Both the position numbers and the translations under genes were made by a program. A model generated the notes under the pieces. It searched no databases and was not told the DNA's origin. It saw only the letters and a program-made list of their open reading frames with translations. Shown here one piece after another: positions 55,901 through 64,000 of a stretch of DNA of 64,000 bases. How positions within the stretch are numbered: the first letter of the stretch is position 1; every line of letters begins with the position of its first letter. The DNA is from the human T2T-CHM13v2.0 reference genome, Homo sapiens: the NCBI RefSeq assembly GCF_009914755.1, contig NC_060947.1; one strand, given 5' to 3'.

Positions 55901-58900
55901 ATTCTACAAAAAGAGTGTTTGCAAACTGCTCTATCAAAAGGAATGTTCAACTCTGGGAGTTGAATGCAATCATCACAGAGCAGTTTCTGAGAATGCTTCT
56001 ATGTCGTTTTTAGGAGAAGATATTTCCTTTTCCAACACAGTCCTCCAAGCCCACTAAATAGCCACTTGCACATTGTAGAAAAAGTGTGTCAAAGCTGCGC
56101 TATCAAAGGGAAAGTTCAACTCTGTGAGGTGAATGCAAACATCCCAAAGAAGTTTCTGAGAATGCTTCCGTTTAGCTTTTAGGTGAAGATTATCCCGTTT
56201 CCAACGAAACCTTCAAAGAGGTCCAAATATCCCCTTGCGGATCCCACAGAAAGAGTGTTTCAAAACTGCTGTTTCAAAAGGAATCTTCAACTCTGTGAGT
56301 TGAATGCAATCATCACAAAGAAGTTTCTGACAATGCTTCTCTCTCGTCTTTCTGTGAAGATAAAGGAAAAGGCTTTCAGGCCTTTTCCACCACAGGCCTG
56401 AAAGCGCTCCAAATGTCCACTTGCAGATTCTGCGAAAAGAATATTTCAAAACTGCTCTATGAAAAGCAATGTTAAACTCTGTGGCTGGAACACAAACATC
56501 ACAAAGCGGTTTCTGAGAATGTTTCAGTTTAGTTTTTCTGTGGAAATATTCCCGTTTCCAAAGAAATCTTCAAAGAGGTCCACGTATCCACTTACAGATT
56601 CTACAAAAAGACAGTTTCAAAACTGCTCCATCAAAAGGAGGGTTCAACTGTGTGACTTGAATGCAATCATCACTCAGAAGTTTCTGAGAATGCTTCTCTT
56701 TAGTTTTTACGTGAACATATACCCGTTTCGAACGAAGGCCACCCAGTGGTCCAAATATCCACTTGCAGATTATACAGAAAGAGTGTTTCGAACCTGAACT
56801 CTCAAAGGCAGGTTCATCTCTGCGAGTTAAATGCATTCATCATGAAGAACTTTCTCAGAGTGTTTGTGCTTAGTTATGGGAAATTATTCCCGTTTCCAAC
56901 GAAATCCTCAGAGTGGTCCAAATATCCACCTGCAGATTCTACCAAAAGTGTATTTGGAAACTGCTCCATCAAAAGGCATGTTCAGCTCTGTGAGTGAAAC
57001 TCCATCATCACAAAGAATATTCTGAGAATGCTTCCGTTTGCCTTTTATCTGAAGTTCCTTCCTATACGACCGTAGGCCTCAAAGCAGTCCAAATCTCCAT
57101 TTGCAGATTCTACAAAAAGAGTGATTCCAATCTGCTCTATCAATAGGATTGTTCAACTCCATGAGTTGAATGCCATCCTCACAAAGTCGTTTCTGAGAAT
57201 GCTTCTATCTAGTTTTTATGTGAAGATATTTCCTTTTCCACCACAGGCCTCAAAGCCCTCCAAACGTCCACTTGCAGATTCTCGAAAAAGAGTGTTTTAT
57301 AGCTGCTCTTTCAAAAGGAAAGTTCAACTCTGGGAGTTGAATACAAACATCACAAAGTAGTTTCCGAGAATGCTTCTGTTTAGTTTTTATGTGAAGATGA
57401 TCCCGTTTCCAGTGAAATCTTCAAAGAGGTCCACATATCCCCTTGCAGATTCCAAAGAAAGAGGGTTTCAAAACTGCTCCATCAGAAGGATTGTTCAACT
57501 CTGTGAGTTGAATGCAGTCATCGCAGAAAACTTTCTGAGAATGCTTCTGTCTAGGTTTGATGTGAAGATATAGATGTTTCAAACGAAGGCTACAAAGTGG
57601 TCAAAATATACACTTGCAGATTCTACTACAAGGGTGTTGCAAACCTGAACTATCAAAGGAAGGTTCAACTCTGTGAGTTGAATACAAACATCACAAAGAA
57701 TGTTCTGAGTTTGCTTCCGTTCAGTTATGGGAAGTTGATCCCGTTTCCAACGAAATCCTCAGAGAGGTCCAAATATCCCCTTGCAGATTCTACAAAACGT
57801 GTGTTTGGAAACTGCTCCATCATAACGAATGTTCAGCTCCCTGAGTTAAACTCCATCGTCACAAAGAATTTTCTGAGAGTGCTACCGTCTGGTTTTTATA
57901 TGAAGTTCTTTCCTTCACTACCACAGGCCTCAAAGCGGTCCAAATCTCCACTTGCAGATTCTACAAAAAGAGTGTTTGCAAACTGCTCTATCAAAAGGAA
58001 TGTTCAACTCTGGGAGTTGAATGCAATCATCACAGAGCAGTTTCTGAGAATGCTTCTATGTCGTTTTTAGGAGAAGATATTTCCTTTTCCAACACAGTCC
58101 TCCAAGCCCGCTAAATAGCCACTTGCACATTGTAGAAAAAGTGTGTCAAAGCTGCGCTATCAAAGGGAAAGTTCAACTCTGTGAGGTGAATGCAAACATC
58201 CCAAAGAAGTTTCTGAGAATGCTTCCGTTTAGCTTTTAGGTGAGGATTATCCCGTTTCCAACGAAACCTTCAAAGAGGTCCAAATATCCCCTTGCGGATC
58301 CCACAGAAAGAGTGTTTCGAAACTGCTGTTTCAAAAGGAATCTTCAACTCTGTGAGTTGAATGCAATCATCACAAAGAAGTTTCTGACAATGCTTCTCTC
58401 TCGTCTTTCTGTGAAGATAAAGGAAAAGGCTTTCAGGCCTTTTCCACCACAGGCCTGAAAGCGCTCCAAATGTCCACTTGCAGATTCTGCCAAAAGAATA
58501 TTTCAAAACTGCTCTATGAAAAGCAATGTTAAACTCTGTCGCTCGAACACAAACATCACAAAGCAGTTTCTGAGAATGCTTCAGTTTAGTTTTTCTGTGG
58601 AAATATTCCCGTTTCCAAAGAAATCTTCAAAGAGGTCCACGTATCCACTTACAGATTCTACAAAAAGACAGTTTCAAAACTGCTCCATCAAAAGGAGGGT
58701 TCAACTGTGTGACTTGAATGCAATCATCACTCAGAAGTTTCTGAGAATGCTTCTCTTTAGTTTTTACGTGAACATATACCCGTTTCGAACGAACGCCACC
58801 CTGTGGTCCAAATATCCACTTGCAGATTCTACAGAAAGAGTGTTTCGAACCTGAACTCTCAAAGGCAGGTTCATCTCTGCGAGTTAAATGCATTCATCAT

Positions 58901-61703
58901 GAAGAACTTTCTCAGAGTGTTTGTGTTTAGTTATGGGAAATTATTCCCGTTTCCAACGAAATCCTCAGAGAGCTCCAAATATCCACCTGCAGATTCTACC
59001 AAAAGTGTATTTGGAAACTGCTCCATCAAAAGGCATGTTCAGCTCTGTGAGTGAAACTCCATCATCACAAAGAATATTCTGAGAATGCTTCCGTTTGCCT
59101 TTTATATGAACTTCCTTCCTGTACTACCGTAGGCCTCAAAGCAGTCCAAATCTCCATTTGCAGATTCTACAAAAAGAGTGATTCCAATCTTCTCTATCAA
59201 TAGGATTGTTCAACTCCATGAGTTGAATGCCATCCTCACAAAGTAGTTTCTGAGAATGCTTCTATCTGGTTTTTGTGTGAAGATATTTCCTTTTCCACCA
59301 CAGGCCTCAAAGCCCTCCAAACGTCCACTTGCAGATTCTCGAAAAAGAGTGTTTCATAGCTGCTCTTTCAAAAGGAAAGTTCAACTCTGGGAGTTGAATA
59401 CAAACATCACAAAGTAGTTTCCGAGAATGCTTCTGTTTAGTTTTTATGTGAAGATGATCCCGTTTCCAGTGAAATCTTCAAAGAGGTCCACATATCCCCT
59501 TGCAGATTCCAAAGAAAGAGGGTTTCAAAACTGCTCCATCAGAAGGATTGTTCAACTCTGTGAGTTGAATGCAGTCATCGCAGAAAACTTTCTGAGAATG
59601 CTTCTGTCTAGGTTTGATGTGAAGATATAGACGTTTCAAACGAAGGCTACAAAGTGGTCAAAATATACACTTGCAGATTCTACTACAAGGGTGTTGCAAA
59701 CCTGAACTATCAAAGGAAGGTTCAACTCTGTGAGTTGAATACAAACATCACAAAGAATGTTCTGAGTTTGCTTCCGTTCAGTTATGGGAAGTTGATCCCG
59801 TTTCCAACGAAATCCTCAGAGAGGTCCAAATATCCCCTTGCAGATTCTACAAAACGTGTGTTTGGAAACTGCTCCATCATAACGAATGTTCAGCTCCCTG
59901 AGTTAAACTCCATCGTCACAAAGAATTTTCTGAGAGTGCTACCGTCTGGTTTTTATATGAAGCTCTTTCCTTCACTACCACAGGCCTGAAAGCGGTCCAA
60001 ATCTCCACTTGCAGATTCTACAAAAAGAGTGTTTGCAAACTGCTCTATCAAAAGGAATGTTCAACTCTGGGAGTTGAATGCAATCATCACAGAGCAGTTT
60101 CTGAGAATGCTTCTATGTCGTTTTTAGGAGAAGATATTTCCTTTTCCAACACAGTACCCCAAGCCCGCTAAATAGCCACTTGCACATTGTAGAAAAAGTG
60201 TGTCAAAGCTGCGCTATCAAAGGGAAAGTTCAACTCTGTGAGGTGAATGCAAACATCCCAAAGAAGTTTCTGAGAATGCTTCCGTTTAGCTTTTAGGTGA
60301 AGATTATCCCGTTTCCAACGAAACCTTCAAAGAGGTCCAAATATCCCCTTGCGGATCCCACAGAAAGAGTGTTTCGAAACTGCTGTTTCAAAAGGAATCT
60401 TCAACTCTGTGAGTTGAATGCAATCATCACAAAGAAGTTTCTGACAATGCTTCTCTCTCGTCTTTCTGTGAAGATAAAGGAAAAGGCTTTCAGGCCTTTT
60501 CCACCACAGGCCTGAAAGCGCTCCAAATGTCCACTTGCAGATTCTGCGAAAAGAATATTTCAAAACTGCTCTATGAAAAGCAATGTTAAACTCTGTGGCT
60601 CGAACACAAACATCACAAAGCGGTTTCTGAGAATGCTTCAGTTTAGTTTTTCTGTGGAAATATTCCCGTTTCCAAAGAAATCTTCAAAGAGGTCCACGTA
60701 TCCACTTACAGATTCTACAAAAAGACAGTTTCAAAACTGCTCCATCAAAAGGAGGGTTCAACTGTGTGACTTGAATGCAATCATCACTCAGAAGTTTCTG
60801 AGAATGCTTCTCTTTAGTTTTTACGTGAACATATACCCGTTTCGAACGAAGGCCACCCAGTGGTCCAAATATCCACTTGCAGATTATACAGAAAGAGTGT
60901 TTCGAACCTGAACTCTCAAAGGCAGGTTCATCTCTGCGAGTTAAATGCATTCATCATGAAGAACTTTCTCAGAGTGTTTGTGTTTAGTTATGGGAAATTA
61001 TTCCCGTTTCCAACGAAATCCTCAGAGAGCTCCAAATATCCACCTGCAGATTCTACCAAAAGTGTATTTGGAAACTGCTCCATCAAAAGGCATGTTCAGC
61101 TCTGTGAGTGAAACTCCATCATCACAAAGAATATTCTGAGAATGCTTCCGTTTGCCTTTTATATGAAGTTCCTTCCTGTACTACCGTAGGCCTCAAAGCA
61201 GTCCAAATCTCCATTTGCAGATTCTACAAAAAGAGTGATTCCAATCTGCTCTATCAATAGGATTGTTCAACTCCATGAGTTGAATGCCATCCTCACAAAG
61301 TAGTTTCTGAGAATGCTTCTATCTGGTTTTTGTGTGAAGATATTTCCTTTTCCACCACAGGCCTCAAAGCCCTCCAAACGTCCACTTGCAGATTCTCGAA
61401 AAAGAGTGTTTCATAGCTGCTCTTTCAAAAGGAAAGTTCAACTCTGGGAGTTGAATACAAACATCACAAAATAGTTTCTGAGAATGCTTCTGTTTAGTTT
61501 TTATATGAAGATGATCCCGTTTCCAGTGAAATCTTCAAAGAGGTCCACATATCCCCTTGCAGATTCCAAAGAAAGAGGGTTTCAAAACTGCTCCATCAGA
61601 AGGATTGTTCAACTCTGTGAGTTGAATGCAGTCATCGCAGAAAACTTTCTGAGAATGCTTCTGTCTAGGTTTGATGTGAAGATATAGACGTTTCAAACGA
61701 AGG

Positions 61704-63764
61704 CTACAAAGTGGTCAAAATATACACTTGCAGATTCTACTACAAGGGTGTTGCAAACCTGAACTATCAAAGGAAGGTTCAACTCTGTGAGTTGAATACA
61801 AACATCACAAAGAATGTTCTGAGTTTGCTTCCGTTCAGTTATGGGAAGTTGATCCCGTTTCCAACGAAATCCTCAGAGAGGTCCAAATATCCCCTCGCAG
61901 ATTCTACAAAACGTGTGTTTGGAAACTGCTCCATCATAACGAATGTTCAGCTCCCTGAGTTAAACTCCATCGTCACAAAGAATTTTCTGAGAGTGCTACC
62001 GTCTGGTTTTTATATGAAGTTCTTTCCTTCACTATCACAGGCCTCAAAGCGGTCCAAATCTCCACTTGCAGATTCTACAAAAAGAGTGTTTGCAAACTGC
62101 TCTATCAAAAGGAATGTTCAACTCTGGGAGTTGAATGCAATCATCACAGAGCAGTTTCTGAGAATGCTTCTATGTCGTTTTTAGGAGAAGATATTTCCTT
62201 TTCCAACACAGTCCTCCAAGCCCGCTAAATAGCCACTTGCACATTGTAGAAAAAGTGTGTCAAAGCTGCGCTATCAAAGGGAAAGTTCAACTCTGTGAGG
62301 TGAATGCAAACATCCCAAAGAAGTTTCTGAGAATGCTTCCGTTTAGCTTTTAGGTGAAGATTATCCCGTTTCCAACGAAACCTTCAAAGAGGTCCAAATA
62401 TCCCCTTGCGGATCCCACAGAAAGAGTGTTTCGAAACTGCTGTTTCAAAAGGAATCTTCAACTCTGTGAGTTGAATGCAATCATCACAAAGAAGTTTCTG
62501 ACAATGCTTCTCTCTCGTCTTTCTGTGAAGATAAAGGAAAAGGCTTTCAGGCCTTTGCCACCACAGGCCTGAAAGCGCTCCAAATGTCCACTTGCAGATT
62601 CTGCGAAAAGAATATTTCAAAACTGCTCTATGAAAAGCAATGTTAAACTCTGTGGCTCGAACACAAACATCACAAAGCGGTTTCTGAGAATGCTTCAGTT
62701 TAGTTTTTCTGTGGAAATATTCCCGTTTCCAAAGAAATCTTCAAAGAGGTCCACGTATCCACTTACAGATTCTACAAAAAGACAGTTTCAAAACTGCTCC
62801 ATCAAAAGGAGTGTTCAACCGTGTGACTTGAATGCAATCATCACTCAGAAGTATCTGAGAATGCTTCTCTTTAGTTTTTACGTGAACATATACCCGTTTC
62901 GAACGAAGGCCACCCAGTGGTCCAAATATCCACTTGCAGATTATACAGAAAGAGTGTTTCGAACCTGAACTCTCAAAGGCAGGTTCATCTCTGCGAGTTA
63001 AATGCATTCATCATGAAGAACTTTCTCAGAGTGTTTGTGTTTAGTTATGGGAAATTATTCCCGTTTCCAACGAAATCCTCAGAGAGCTCCAAATATCCAC
63101 CTGCAGATTCTACCAAAAGTGTATTTGGAAACTGCTCCATCAAAAGGCATGTTCAGCTCTGTGAGTGAAACTCCATCATCACAAAGAATATTCTGAGAAT
63201 GCTTCCGTTTGCCTTTTATATGAAGTTCCTTCCTGTACTACCGTAGGCCTCAAAGCAGTCCAAATCTCCATTTGCAGATTCTATAAAAAGAGTGATTCCA
63301 ATCTGCTCTATCAATAGGATTGTTCAACTCCATGAGTTGAATGCCATCCTCACAAAGTAGTTTCTGAGAATGCTTCTATCTGGTTTTTGTGTGAAGATAT
63401 TTCCTTTTCCACCACAGGCCTCAAAGCCCTCCAAACGTCCACTTGCAGATTCTCGAAAAAGAGTGTTTCATAGCTGCTCTTTCAAAAGGAAAGTTCAACT
63501 CTGGGAGTTGAATACAAACATCACAAAGTAGTTTCCGAGAATGCTTCTGTTTAGTTTTTATGTGAAGATGATCGATCCCGTTTCCAGTGAAATCTTCAAA
63601 GAGGTCCACATATCCCCTTGCAGATTCCAAAGAAAGAGGGTTTCAAAACTGCTCCATCAGAAGGATTGTTCAACTCTGTGAGTTGAATGCAGTCATCGCA
63701 GAAAACTTTCTGAGAATGCTTCTGTCTAGGTTTGATGTGAAGATATAGACGTTTCAAACGAAGG
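61704..63764 (-). repeat. Variant HOR copy 31, 2,061 bp (4-bp GATC duplication)
   Basis: gaagatgatcgatcccg instead of gaagatgatcccg at 63570-63577. Confidence 0.95.
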
Positions 63765-64000
63765 CTACAAAGTGGTCAAAATATACACTTGCAGATTCTA
63801 CTACAAGGGTGTTGCAAACCTGAACTATCAAAGGAAGGTTCAACTCTGTGAGTTGAATACAAACATCACAAAGAATGTTCTGAGTTTGCTTCCGTTCAGT
63901 TATGGGAAGTTGATCCCGTTTCCAACGAAATCCTCAGAGAGGTCCAAATATCCCCTCGCAGATTCTACAATACGTGTGTTTGGAAACTGCTCCATCATAA

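Larger units (their letters stand above)
1..64000 (-). repeat. DXZ1: Alpha-satellite higher-order repeat array, 12-mer of 2,057 bp (DXZ1-type, human chrX centromere)
   Basis: Seen: exact 2,057-bp periodicity. Copies start at 1, 2058, 4115, 6172, 8229, 10286, 12343, 14400, 16457, 18514, 20571, 22628, 24685, 26742, 28799, 30856, 32913, 34963, 37020, 39077, 41134, 43191, 45248, 47305, 49362, 51419, 53476, 55533, 57590, 59647, 61704, 63765 (partial). Monomers of ~171 bp carry alphoid motifs (ttcaactctgtgagttgaatg, tttctgagaatgctt, cttgcagattctac). CENP-B boxes read on the minus strand. Known: a 2.0-kb 12-mer cut once by BamHI is the hallmark of DXZ1. Confidence 0.96.

Noticed and set aside
32913-61703. 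Apparent mirror symmetry of shared alleles (17/30 and 18/29) suggesting an inverted duplication
   Set aside because: All copies have the same orientation and intermediate copies do not continue the mirror pattern; probably coincidence or conversion.
1-64000. CRISPR-like or coded repeat-spacer system
   Set aside because: Sequence between the conserved motifs is homologous monomer sequence repeating every 2,057 bp, not unique spacers. No cas or other genes are present.
1-64000. Transposon insertion, inversion or monomer-number HOR variants
   Set aside because: ORF-track coordinates keep exact 2,057-bp phase and strand apart from the -7 and +4 indels, leaving no room for such events.

Overview
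The whole 64-kb window is centromeric alpha-satellite DNA. It is an uninterrupted head-to-tail array of a 2,057-bp, 12-monomer higher-order repeat (HOR): 31 complete copies plus a 236-bp partial copy, all in one orientation. Unit length, the single BamHI site per unit and the pentameric 5+5+2 substructure match the human X-chromosome array DXZ1 (suprachromosomal family 3). This is recognised from established knowledge; no database search was run. There are no genes, transposons or CRISPR arrays, and every supplied ORF is a by-product of the repeat. I found no new biological system. The structure worth examining lies inside the repeat: (i) a fixed 15-bp insertion built from inverted copies of neighbouring sequence, giving two competing hairpins in each HOR; (ii) repeated 3-HOR (~6.17 kb) super-periodicity of variants, with a 4-HOR period interleaved; (iii) a central haplotype domain flanked by mutually similar copies; (iv) variants that look like inter-monomer gene conversion; (v) three individually inactivated CENP-B boxes; (vi) only two indels, a 7-bp microhomology deletion and a GATC duplication. 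Copies are numbered from window position 1. Copy-to-copy comparisons were made by eye with help from the ORF track, so variant lists may be incomplete.
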